A program made the position numbers and the translations under genes. The notes under the pieces were generated by a model that was not told the DNA's origin, made no database searches, and saw only the letters and a program-made list of their open reading frames with translations. From Thermoplasmatota archaeon (GTDB lineage: Archaea; Thermoplasmatota; Thermoplasmata; UBA10834), in the NCBI GenBank assembly GCA_016930135.1, contig JAFGHM010000083.1, forward strand, positions 1 through 63,907: 63,907 nucleotides of DNA. Direction: 5' to 3'. Shown here one piece after another: positions 35,156 to 44,492 of this stretch; the first letter of the stretch is position 1, and the number at the start of each line of letters is the position of its first letter.

Positions 35156-36316
35156 CTAGAGGAATCTCCCCCTAAGCATCACCCTGACGGTCCTGCCGTC
35201 ATGCTTCTCGACTTCTATGTTCGCTCCAGGCGCCGTGACGAAGTCCCAGTGCATGGTCGACTCCGAAGTGCCGCCGTAGCCGGCGTTCGAGCCGAAGGCA
35301 ACGTGCACTGTGCCAGCGACCTTCTCGTCCGTGAGTATGTACCCGATCGCTTTCGTGATCTTGGGGTTGAACCCGATGCCCAGTTCTGCCACGTTCCTTG
35401 TTCTCACTGGCTTGTACTGCGTCCTGTCGACCGCCTCGCACTGCTCGAAGCTCGAGACCAGATCCTTGTAGTTCTTGCCTGCCTTTGTCCTATCGAGCTG
35501 TATGACCCCGTCCTCGAACTCCAGCAGCACCTCCTTGATTATCTTGTCCGAGAGCCGGTCCCTGGTGATGGGACAGAACAGGGTGCCGCTGCCCTTCATC
35601 TCATGGGGCGCAAAGAAGAGCTCACCCGCGGGGAGGTTCGCTCCGCGGTCGTTGAGGTCGTAGTCCTCCTTGCTTATGATGCCGTCGTCTATGTTGCTGC
35701 GCCTACCCTTTATGTTGACCCTGAAGTCCGTCCCCTTGTCATCCCAGACATGAACCCACTCTGCACCCTTGAACTTCGAGTCGAGTTTCTTGCCAATCCT
35801 CATGAGCGTATCGGGTGAAACGGCAAGCCCTCCGATGACGATCTTCTCGAGTTCGGGATAGCTGATTCCGAAGCTCTTGGCCGCCTTCGGTGTCGGCCAC
35901 CCTGCATACAGCCACTTCTTGCCGTCCTTCTTGTCGTAGATGATGTCGTAGAGCGGCAGCATTGCTCTTTGGCGCGCCTTGAGCTTGTCCCTGGGAAAGC
36001 CTGCAACAATCGAGGGGTCGTCGTAGGGCTCGATGTTTATGAGCATGTCGGCGGCCTTGACCATTGCGACATAGTGCTTGGGCGTGATGCTGAGAGTCGA
36101 TGCTGGTATCTCCTTGTAGACCCTCTTCGCGTACCCGTCCGAGTCACTGATTATCGAGGGCGTGGTCCCCTTGCGATAGCATTCCAGGGCGATCTCCTCC
36201 AACAGCAATTGGGTGTGTGCCCCGCCCCTCACTATCACTGCGTCTCCCTTCTTGAGGTTGCAGGTCTTCACCATGCTCTTGGCACATGCGGCGATCATCT
36301 TCTCGGTCAGGGCCAT
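35156..36316 (-). CDS. M29-family (AmpS/PepS-type) aminopeptidase
   Basis: 386 aa. ..NLPAGELFFAP.. and ..GTVHVAFGSN..STMHWDF.. motifs. Confidence 0.8.
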   Translation of the reverse strand: MALTEKMIAACAKSMVKTCNLKKGDAVIVRGGAHTQLLLEEIALECYRKGTTPSIISDSDGYAKRVYKEIPASTLSITPKHYVAMVKAADMLINIEPYDDPSIVAGFPRDKLKARQRAMLPLYDIIYDKKDGKKWLYAGWPTPKAAKSFGISYPELEKIVIGGLAVSPDTLMRIGKKLDSKFKGAEWVHVWDDKGTDFRVNIKGRRSNIDDGIISKEDYDLNDRGANLPAGELFFAPHEMKGSGTLFCPITRDRLSDKIIKEVLLEFEDGVIQLDRTKAGKNYKDLVSSFEQCEAVDRTQYKPVRTRNVAELGIGFNPKITKAIGYILTDEKVAGTVHVAFGSNAGYGGTSESTMHWDFVTAPGANIEVEKHDGRTVRVMLRGRFL

Positions 36317-36394
36317 CCTTCAAACCTTCCTTTTGCCTATTAAAACGCGTATCTGTATTTTAGGCTGCCGGTAATGGATGCAACCTTGTTCAGT

Positions 36395-36850
36395 TCAGAG
36401 CGCTTTGACGACGATGGCAGGCCTGCAACTCCTCATGTACTGGGGGCACTTCATGCAGTTGTCTAGCGTCGGGCCGCTTCCTTCGCTCTCGCCAGCTAGT
36501 CGGAAACCCAGCCTTTGGAAGAACCCGGGCGCCCTCGCGAGCGCCCACAACCTGTCTGCGCCCCTCAGACGCGCCTCGAGCTCGATCTCCGCTATCAGCC
36601 TCCCGCCCAGCCCACGTTTTCGCAGAGGCTCGGACACTGCAAGCCACTCGACTGAGAATGAACGATCGGTCTGCTTCAGCGCCGCGCATCCCACGAGGTC
36701 TTTCCCGGAGTAGAGTCCTAATGCGGCCACAATGCTCGCGAACGAACCATCTTCCAGACCGGATTCGAGCGCCAGTCTCCGGATTCCTTCGAAGTCCTGT
36801 GTGCGCCTGAGCTCCAGATTCAGGCCATTGCGCTGTTGCATGACGCTCAT
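36395..36850 (-). CDS. GNAT-family N-acetyltransferase
   Basis: 151 aa. Acetyl-CoA motif LRKRGLGGRLIAEIE. Confidence 0.8.
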   Translation of the reverse strand: MSVMQQRNGLNLELRRTQDFEGIRRLALESGLEDGSFASIVAALGLYSGKDLVGCAALKQTDRSFSVEWLAVSEPLRKRGLGGRLIAEIELEARLRGADRLWALARAPGFFQRLGFRLAGESEGSGPTLDNCMKCPQYMRSCRPAIVVKAL

Positions 36851-37122
36851 GCCGGTGAATGCGAGAATGACACTTAAGAGCTTCCCCGATGCACTTGAGT
36901 CATGTCCATCCGGCCACGGCCATGAAGCCTAGTAGACCCGCGCTCTTCGGACTTGCCGGTAGCCGGCTCGCTTCCGGGATGCCGGGTTGTTTCATATCCC
37001 GCTTGTCAAGCGCATGTGCCTTCGTCGCACCTTCTCTGAGGCAATCGATGTGGATGTGCACCTCACCCAGAAACTGAAATACGCGACTGCATATCTGCTG
37101 GACGGACAGAGGTGCAGGCTCA

Positions 37123-37974
37123 GTGCCGATAAGGAACCTCAGGATAGACGACATCGACTTCGTGCTCGACCTGGTCCTCAAGGAAGGGTGGTCGTACCAC
37201 AGGGTTGAGCTGGAGCGTATGCTCGACATGGATCCGGAGGGCAGCTTCATCTACGAGGAGACCGAGCCGCTCGGGTTCATCACAACCGTGACCTATCTGA
37301 GGACAGGCGTCATAGGTCATCTGATCGTCTCAGAGCATGCCAGAGGTAAGAGGATCGGCCAGACGCTGGTGGATCGGGCACTACAGTACACTTCGGAAAG
37401 AGGAACCGAGTCAGTGTTGCTCTACGCGACCGAGGAAGGAGCGGAGATGTACAGGAAGCTAGGCTTTCGCACGCTAGCGGAGGTCTTCTGCATCCGAGCC
37501 GAGAAGAGCGGACCGATGGTGCCGCAGGAGTACCCGGGCCTCTCGCCCGTGAAGGAAGGAGACCTCGGAAGAATAAGCCAAATGGACGCTGCCCTGTTCG
37601 GAGATGACAGGTCCGGGCTAATATCACGTCTTTGGCGCGACTATCCTGACCTCTGTTTCAAGATTGAGCGGTCTGGGGAGATACAGGGTTATTCATTCGG
37701 CAGGGCGACCTCGTCTGCAAACGACCTAGGGCCTTGGGTCTGCGTGAGCGGGCTGGAGAGCGATGAGAGAGCATTGTTCGATTCCGTTGTCTCGAGACTC
37801 GACGACCGAGGCGTCTTCATGGGCATCTTCGTGCAAAACGAGAATGCGCTGAGACAGGCCTCGAAGTTGAGGCCGATCCGCACCTGGCGCACTCACCTGA
37901 TGGCGAGGGGACATGCCAGGTACACAGGTCGGACTGAGCATGTCCTCGGCCTCGTTGGGTTCGAGCTCGGGTGA
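37123..37974 (+). CDS. GNAT-family N-acetyltransferase with C-terminal YitH-like domain
   Basis: 283 aa with a GTG start. ARGKRIGQTLVDRALQY motif plus about 130 extra C-terminal aa. Confidence 0.75.
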   Translation: MPIRNLRIDDIDFVLDLVLKEGWSYHRVELERMLDMDPEGSFIYEETEPLGFITTVTYLRTGVIGHLIVSEHARGKRIGQTLVDRALQYTSERGTESVLLYATEEGAEMYRKLGFRTLAEVFCIRAEKSGPMVPQEYPGLSPVKEGDLGRISQMDAALFGDDRSGLISRLWRDYPDLCFKIERSGEIQGYSFGRATSSANDLGPWVCVSGLESDERALFDSVVSRLDDRGVFMGIFVQNENALRQASKLRPIRTWRTHLMARGHARYTGRTEHVLGLVGFELG

Positions 37975-37981
37975 TCTCTCA

Positions 37982-38431
37982 TCAGTAGGACTTCAACTCG
38001 CGCTTCGTGAAATAGAGTATGTCATCCTCGCGCGTGTAGCCGGCATCCTCGAAAAGTTCCATCGAGTCCTTGTTGTAGCTCTCGATAAGCACGCAGTGGA
38101 GCCGTCTGCCTCTTCGCCGCAGGATTCTTTCCGCCTCTGCGATCAGCCGTTTCGCTATTCCGTGCCCCCTGGCCTGGGGGACCACAGCCAGCCTGTTGAC
38201 CCAGCCCTTCCTTCCATCGTCGGAGACAATGACTGCGCCGACCATTTGCCCCGACTTGAACGCGCCGAGGAAGCACTCTGGGTTCTCTTTCAGCTGCTTT
38301 CTCAGGTTCTGCATGCTGTCCCTGCCCCTCGGCCTGTATGGAAGTCCGGCGCGCTCCCAGACGCTCCTCATCGCATGCAGTTCTGTGGCCTTGAGGGGTC
38401 TGATCCTCAATCCGGATGGACTTGGTCCCAC
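37982..38431 (-). CDS. GNAT-family N-acetyltransferase
   Basis: 149 aa. ARGHGIAKRLIAEAE motif. Confidence 0.8.
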   Translation of the reverse strand: MGPSPSGLRIRPLKATELHAMRSVWERAGLPYRPRGRDSMQNLRKQLKENPECFLGAFKSGQMVGAVIVSDDGRKGWVNRLAVVPQARGHGIAKRLIAEAERILRRRGRRLHCVLIESYNKDSMELFEDAGYTREDDILYFTKRELKSY

Positions 38432-38642
38432 TGCGCATCACAGGTCCTAGCATCGGTCGTAATGCGTAGTTGGGGAATGAATCATTCGGTCCGACTGCAC
38501 CCAGAAGAGGTGATGATCATCTGGGTGTTACGATGGGGCGACGCCTGACGGTTGCGATGTCCTCCCGTGATGGGCACGCAGATCCTCGCATCAAGGGCAG
38601 CGTCCTCTCCCCCTGCAGGCTTGAGCCGGGCCACCAGGACGC

Positions 38643-39476
38643 TCACAGGGGCCCTTCGCTTCTGGCGTAAGAGGCCAATTGGTTCATCACGAGGAAGACC
38701 TGGAATGCGTCCACAACATCCGAGGCCCTGTAGCTTACCGTCTTCGCGTCCTTCCTTTTGACAGTGGGTATCCTGGAGCAGTATTGGGCCATCAGGGGTC
38801 TCTCAAGCTCGACCTCCATAGTGACGGGCCTCTTGACCACGAAGGGCTCGATGTCGCCCGCTCTTCCGATTGCCTCCTTCGCCCCCTTCCTTATGAGTCT
38901 CCTAGCCATCTCGGGCGTGAGAGTTCTCACGGCGTAAAGGCCCACGCCCTCCTTGGTCGGCACCCCCACCAAGTTCTTTACTAGGCTCTTGGCCTGCCTG
39001 ACCGCATGCGCGTCGCCCGAAACAAGCACCAGTGGCACACCGAAGTGGCCCGCAATGGCCGCACTGAGTCCCGATTCGCCGATCACCTTTCCATTGAACC
39101 TCAGCTCTGACACGTCGTAGGTGTACGTGTGCCCTAGCACGCCCGCGTGCGTGTGGCGCATGGAATGATATCCAATCTGCATGGAGGCGTCGAAGTCCCT
39201 CGAGATGCCGCTCATCATGCCGAGGTCGTACGCGGACCCCTGTATGACCTCGACATCGGGGTCAAGCTTCTCCACGAGCAGGTTCCTGCCAGTGTCGTGG
39301 GCGTCGCAGACGAGTATCTCCTCGGCTCCTGCCTCTTTCGCGCCCTCAATCGCCGCCTGGACCTCCCCCGTCATGATCTCCCTCATGCGGGGATAGTCGC
39401 TCTTTTTGTAGTCCCCCTGCTCATCGTGACATAGAACGGCTATGCCCTCCATATCCGCCGTTATGTAGACCTTCAT
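38643..39476 (-). CDS. M55-family D-aminopeptidase (DppA-like)
   Basis: ATG at 39476 (MKVYITADMEGIAV). CDAHD and SGD motifs. Confidence 0.8.
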   Translation of the reverse strand: MKVYITADMEGIAVLCHDEQGDYKKSDYPRMREIMTGEVQAAIEGAKEAGAEEILVCDAHDTGRNLLVEKLDPDVEVIQGSAYDLGMMSGISRDFDASMQIGYHSMRHTHAGVLGHTYTYDVSELRFNGKVIGESGLSAAIAGHFGVPLVLVSGDAHAVRQAKSLVKNLVGVPTKEGVGLYAVRTLTPEMARRLIRKGAKEAIGRAGDIEPFVVKRPVTMEVELERPLMAQYCSRIPTVKRKDAKTVSYRASDVVDAFQVFLVMNQLASYARSEGPL

Positions 39477-39577
39477 GCTTACCGCATTCAGTATCAGCTT
39501 CGCGAAGATATAGCTTGCCTTCTGATGCATGCGATACGAAGATTTTTTACTGCCCTAGCCACTACTCTGGACGTGGA

Positions 39578-41503
39578 ATGACATCTCCATCCATCCCGTC
39601 CGGGCCATCCGAGGGTTCTTTGGATAGGCGCACGGAGAGCCTGTCGCGGATATTCGAGCTCACCAGGGACCTCCTCAAGGTCGAGGATGTCAGCGTGTTC
39701 TTGTGCAGGACGGCCGAGACCGTCCGGGAGATATTCGGTTTCGACAGGGTCGCGATTTCGACCATGGACGAGACAAAGGGCGTGTTCACGGACCACGCAC
39801 TCGCGGGCTATCCCAAGGAGGCCGAGGCGGAGATCAGAGGCTCGCTGGACGCCTTCGAGATCGGCGTCATCCTCGAGGATTTCCGAGAGGACTGCAGAGT
39901 CTCGAAGATCGCCTACTACATCCCGGCTGAGAAGCAGGCTGGGGGTGCGGACGACTTCTTGGCTGTCAGGGACCCCGAGGCGGCCATGAAGCCCCGCGCA
40001 TCGCCGGATTCGTGGCATGAGCTGGACCTGCTCTATTTCGGCCTGTACAACAGGCACGGTTCGATGATAGGGTTCCTCCAGGTCGACTATCCTCTCGATG
40101 GGAAGATACCCACGACGGAGACCATCGAGGAGATCGAGCTCTTTGCATCGATAGCCGCCGTCGCAATCGAGAACTCCGGTGTGTATAGGCGTTCCATGTT
40201 GCTCTTGCGTGAAAACGAGGTGAAGACCGATAGGCTGGTCAAGATGCTTGACCTCATCCAGAGCGTTCTCCGCATCGACGACTTGGACCTGGTGCTCCAG
40301 AAGGTATCGGATGCGATGGCCTACACGTTCGGGTTCAGGAAAACGGGAGTCTCCCTCTTCTCAGAGGATACCGACAAGGTCACCGTGCACTCGATGACGG
40401 GATATTCCCAGGCCGAATCGGAAGTCATCCTATCCAGCACGATACTGAAGGACAAGATACTGGCCGACTTCAGGGAGGAGTTCAGGGTCACGAGGACTGG
40501 CTTCTTCATACCGGGGGAGGTACAAGGGAACGGCTCCGATTTCGTCTTCATGGAGAGCCCGGACAAGGCGGCGCGGACGAGGGATGCTCCCGACAGCTGG
40601 CACGAGCTCGACCTGCTGTACTTCGCGATGTACGATAGAGCGGGCAAGATGCTCGGCTACATACAGCTCGACTACCCATTGGACGACAGGATACCGACGA
40701 AGGAGACGATGGAGGCCATGGAGGCCTTTGCCTCCATAGCGACCATCGCCATCGAGAACTCGAAGGTGTTCGATGACCTGACCCGTGCGAGGGACCATGT
40801 GAAGATGTACCTGGACCTGCTCACACACGATGTCGGCAACCTGGTGAACCCAGTGAACGCCTATCTCGAGATCGTGCTCGGAACGACCTCTCTGACGGAC
40901 ACCCAATTCAAGTACATCACATCGGCGCAGGAGGCCGCGAAGAGCGTGCAGCACATAGTCAGGAACGTGCGCAGGTCCGCGCAGATGCTGGAGGCCTCCG
41001 ATGTCGAATTGGTGCCGACCAATCTCACCAAATCGATACAGCAGGCCTCCATGGAGGCCAGCACCGCCTTCCTCGGGAAGAAGATCAACATCAGATACTC
41101 CGTTCCACAACAAGATGTGTGGGTCGTCGCCGATACTTTGCTGACAGAGGTCTTGTACAATCTTCTCACGAACTCGATCAAGTACGACGAGCACGAGGAA
41201 GTGGTCATCGACGTAGAGGTCAAGGGTGTGGATTTCGAGGGAAAGGAGTGGACCAGTGTGAGGATAGTCGACAGAGGAGTCGGGATACCCGACGACCTCA
41301 AGGACAAGGTCTTCTCCAAGGACTACATGAGGCTCGCAAGGCTCGACAGGCCAATCCTCCAGAAGGCCAGAGGCGCTGGCATGGGCCTCTCGATAGTCAA
41401 GGCCCTCGTGGACAGATACGGTGGCAAGATATGGGCCGAGAACCGCGTGTACGATGACTACACCAGGGGGAGCGTATTCAGTGTGCTCTTTGGGAAGCCC
41501 TGA
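39578..41503 (+). CDS. soluble GAF-GAF sensor histidine kinase
   Basis: ATG at 39578. Two GAF-like modules, each with SWHELDLLYF and A[VI]AIENS. H-box YLDLLTHDVGNLVNPV. ATPase boxes LLTNSIKY, DRGVGIP, GAGMGLSIV. Confidence 0.85.
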   Translation: MTSPSIPSGPSEGSLDRRTESLSRIFELTRDLLKVEDVSVFLCRTAETVREIFGFDRVAISTMDETKGVFTDHALAGYPKEAEAEIRGSLDAFEIGVILEDFREDCRVSKIAYYIPAEKQAGGADDFLAVRDPEAAMKPRASPDSWHELDLLYFGLYNRHGSMIGFLQVDYPLDGKIPTTETIEEIELFASIAAVAIENSGVYRRSMLLLRENEVKTDRLVKMLDLIQSVLRIDDLDLVLQKVSDAMAYTFGFRKTGVSLFSEDTDKVTVHSMTGYSQAESEVILSSTILKDKILADFREEFRVTRTGFFIPGEVQGNGSDFVFMESPDKAARTRDAPDSWHELDLLYFAMYDRAGKMLGYIQLDYPLDDRIPTKETMEAMEAFASIATIAIENSKVFDDLTRARDHVKMYLDLLTHDVGNLVNPVNAYLEIVLGTTSLTDTQFKYITSAQEAAKSVQHIVRNVRRSAQMLEASDVELVPTNLTKSIQQASMEASTAFLGKKINIRYSVPQQDVWVVADTLLTEVLYNLLTNSIKYDEHEEVVIDVEVKGVDFEGKEWTSVRIVDRGVGIPDDLKDKVFSKDYMRLARLDRPILQKARGAGMGLSIVKALVDRYGGKIWAENRVYDDYTRGSVFSVLFGKP

Positions 41504-41566
41504 GTGCAAGCGGCCGTCCTCTCAGAAATGATTATCATCTGCCTGCGTTATCTGCCGCCGACCTGG

Positions 41567-43372
41567 ATGATGACCGTGGCGGACGATGTGTCAGCGATAC
41601 AGAAGGAGAACGGAATAGTGGGACGCGCGCGCGAGCTGGAGAACGCCATCGCGGCAATCGGATCCGGCAAACATCTGATGATCGAGGGCCCGGTGGGCGT
41701 GGGAAAGACGATCTTGGCAGTCGCGGTCGCCACGCACCTGAAGCGGCCGGTGTTCAGGGTAGATGGCGATGAGCGCTATACAGAGCAGAAGCTCTCGGGA
41801 TGGTTCGATCCACCGATCGTCATGGAGAAGGGCTATGTCCCGGAGGCATTTGTCCCTGGGCCTCTGATGAGCGCCATGAAAGAGGGCGGTGTCCTGTTCA
41901 TAAACGAGATGAACCGCATGCCGGAGGGCGTGCAGAACATACTCCTCCCGGCCATGGACGAGGGATTGATAGAAGTGCCGAAGATCGGCACTGTGAGGGC
42001 GAGAAAGGGCTTCGTTGTCATTGGAACTCAGAACCCGAGGGAGTTCGTTGCCACGACTGCCATATCGGAGGCGCTTTCGGATAGGTTCGAACTGCTCCTG
42101 CTGGACTACCAGTCGGCAGAGGAGGAGACGGCGATAGTCTCCAAGAACTTCCCTCATGCCGTCCCCGAAGCCGTATCTAGATCGGTCTGGATTGCCCGAC
42201 GGACTCGGAATCATCCGAACATCCGTCGAGGAGCGAGCGTCAGGGCCGCGATGAGCATAGTGCAGATGTCCGAGAGCCTTTCGGAAGACCTATACCAGGG
42301 CATCCGGAAGGCTGCTCACATGGCACTGCCGACAAGAATAGAGATGCGTGAGGAATCCAAGAAGACGGTCGAGCAGGTTGTGGAGGAGATAGTCAGCGAG
42401 TGCTTCTCCATTCCCCTGCCAGGACCCGGACGGCCTCTGGAGGAGAGAAAGAAGGAGGAGGCCAGGAAGAGAACGGAGGAGGCGGCTGCCAAGAGAGCCG
42501 ATATCTCCGACCTCGTGAAGGCGATTGAGCTCGGCGACGATGAAGTGCTCGCCGGGTCGGAAGACCTTGGCTGGGCGATAGCTAGGAACTACTCCCAGCT
42601 GAGGATCAGACTGAAGGACCAGACTCTCATCGAAATGGCGAAGAGGATCGCCATCAAGGCGACTATCCTGAGGGTGCTGCAGCTGCTCGGCCCCGTCAAC
42701 CTCCCGACCAGGATCACCCGCTCGGAGTACGCCATAGGTGACGATGCGGACATAGACGTGGAGGCGACCCTCGAAGCCGTCCTCGAGAGAGGCTATCCGA
42801 CGCCTTACGATCTCGTGGTCGAGAAGCGCGAACCCAGAGAACTGTCAGTGGTCATGATGCTTGATGCTAGCCTGTCGATGACAGGCGACAAGCTGGCCAT
42901 CGCCACTGCGGCAATCGCGGTCTTGGCATATCGTCTCAAAACCGTGGACTATGCTCTCATCACGTTCAGCGACAGGCCCGCAGTCATGAAGAGGGCCAAC
43001 CAGGCGAAGCGCACGGACGACCTCATCGCGGATCTGCTTGAGGCCAGGGCAGGAGGATACACCAACATAGACGGCGCGCTCCGCAAGGGCCGGGAAGAGA
43101 TAGGAGTGACCAAGACGCGCAACAAGGTCGGGATACTGATCACCGATGGCAACTACACGGTTGGGCCTGACCCCGCTGATGCGGCCTCCACCTATCGGAA
43201 GCTCTTCGTCCTGATGACCGAGAGCCATGACTGCCAACCTGGAGTGTGCGCGTCCGTCGCCAAGGCGGGCGGAGGGCACATGTACGCGGTCTCAGGCTTT
43301 GACGAGATACCGAGAGTGCTGTACAAGGTGCTGCGGGTCGTCTCCCAGGGGTCGTCGGGCCGGCATTCCTGA
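41567..43372 (+). CDS. MoxR-type AAA+ ATPase fused to a C-terminal VWA domain (ChlD-like architecture)
   Basis: ORF opens at 41504, where a GTG overlaps the kinase stop; the ATG is at 41567. Walker A GPVGVGKT, Walker B region VLFINEMNR, a charged linker EERKKEEARKRTEEAAAKR, and VWA MIDAS residues DASLSMTG and ITDG. Confidence 0.8.
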   Translation: MMTVADDVSAIQKENGIVGRARELENAIAAIGSGKHLMIEGPVGVGKTILAVAVATHLKRPVFRVDGDERYTEQKLSGWFDPPIVMEKGYVPEAFVPGPLMSAMKEGGVLFINEMNRMPEGVQNILLPAMDEGLIEVPKIGTVRARKGFVVIGTQNPREFVATTAISEALSDRFELLLLDYQSAEEETAIVSKNFPHAVPEAVSRSVWIARRTRNHPNIRRGASVRAAMSIVQMSESLSEDLYQGIRKAAHMALPTRIEMREESKKTVEQVVEEIVSECFSIPLPGPGRPLEERKKEEARKRTEEAAAKRADISDLVKAIELGDDEVLAGSEDLGWAIARNYSQLRIRLKDQTLIEMAKRIAIKATILRVLQLLGPVNLPTRITRSEYAIGDDADIDVEATLEAVLERGYPTPYDLVVEKREPRELSVVMMLDASLSMTGDKLAIATAAIAVLAYRLKTVDYALITFSDRPAVMKRANQAKRTDDLIADLLEARAGGYTNIDGALRKGREEIGVTKTRNKVGILITDGNYTVGPDPADAASTYRKLFVLMTESHDCQPGVCASVAKAGGGHMYAVSGFDEIPRVLYKVLRVVSQGSSGRHS

Positions 43373-43645
43373 CGACGTGAGCGCCCAGCGACTCGCTTGG
43401 CATAGTCACCAAACCCCCCGCGCGCACGCATTTCTTATAAATACTTTGTGTACGGTCGGCGGGTGCTCCAGGGTGGGTCTAGCATACGGTTATATATGGC
43501 GACCAGGACCAATAGTCACCCAACAACTCCCCCCTCCTTTCTTTTTCTTTACACTCTTGTTGCGTGAGCTATCGATTCTGAGGGATTCCCTCAATCAATG
43601 CTTCTTGCCGCGGCCCGACACACCTGCCCATGCTGGACCGGGGTG

Positions 43646-44449
43646 TCACCAGTCCTCCACAGGGTTGTACCACATCGTCTTCGTGCCGATCCTAGCTCTC
43701 ATCTTCCACTTGAAAGTCTTGGGCTTGCTCTCGATGTGTGCAAGCATCTTGTCGACGCGCTGCGTCACAACGGACCTGTCTTCGGCGGAAAGCTGCGGGT
43801 ATTCTGCGGCATACTTCTTCACCTTCCCAAGGTTCGTCGTGGCAGTGTAGCACCAGCCCCAGTCGTTCCACATGTCCACGAAATCGAATACCTGAAGGTT
43901 TATCTTCTCCTTGTCGTCCATCCCGATGTCATGCGCTCTTATCAGGACTATGAGGTCCTTTATGTCCTTCTCATTGATCTTGACGACCTGCAGCTTCTGA
44001 AGCATCAGCTCGCCCACAGGCGTCGTGGGTGAGTCCATCTCCAGGCGACCCGCATACGGGACCGTGTGGTTCATCGCGAGCTGATCGTAGAATATCTCGA
44101 CCATGGGCACTTTCCCGCCGAAGAAGATGTGCCTGGTCTTTCCGAACTGGTAAAGGAACCTCGGGTCCGTCTTGTAGCCCCTCTTCTGCACGAACTCGTA
44201 GAGATCGTTCCTCTGCTTCCCGTACGCCACCAAATCGATGTCGGTGAAGACCTTCGAGCCGAGCCTCGCGAGGTTCCTCCAGAGAGTCTCGTACTCGATG
44301 CTGTGCATGTAGACGGCCATGCCACCCATCACTCGGAGGATGAGGCCCTGCTTGGCCGCGTCCGCGACCAGTGCCTTCGCCTCCTCGATGAACACCTCCG
44401 GCTTTGGATACTCCTCAATCGGGATGTCTGCGGGCAATCTCACCGTCAT
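43646..44449 (-). CDS. Pol-beta-fold nucleotidyltransferase family protein (function unknown)
   Basis: 267 aa. hG[GS] motif RVMGGMAVYMH and DxD motif FTDIDLVAY, then a helical C-terminal half. Confidence 0.6.
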   Translation of the reverse strand: MTVRLPADIPIEEYPKPEVFIEEAKALVADAAKQGLILRVMGGMAVYMHSIEYETLWRNLARLGSKVFTDIDLVAYGKQRNDLYEFVQKRGYKTDPRFLYQFGKTRHIFFGGKVPMVEIFYDQLAMNHTVPYAGRLEMDSPTTPVGELMLQKLQVVKINEKDIKDLIVLIRAHDIGMDDKEKINLQVFDFVDMWNDWGWCYTATTNLGKVKKYAAEYPQLSAEDRSVVTQRVDKMLAHIESKPKTFKWKMRARIGTKTMWYNPVEDW

Positions 44450-44492
44450 AGCGCACCCTCCAAGTCATGTTCGTTATATTCCTCCTGGGAAA

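Noticed and set aside
36900-37250. 116-aa minus-strand ORF spanning the gap between two GNAT genes.
   Set aside because: Its 5' half is antisense to the start of the 37123..37974 GNAT gene. The remainder shows no recognisable motif, so it was not called.
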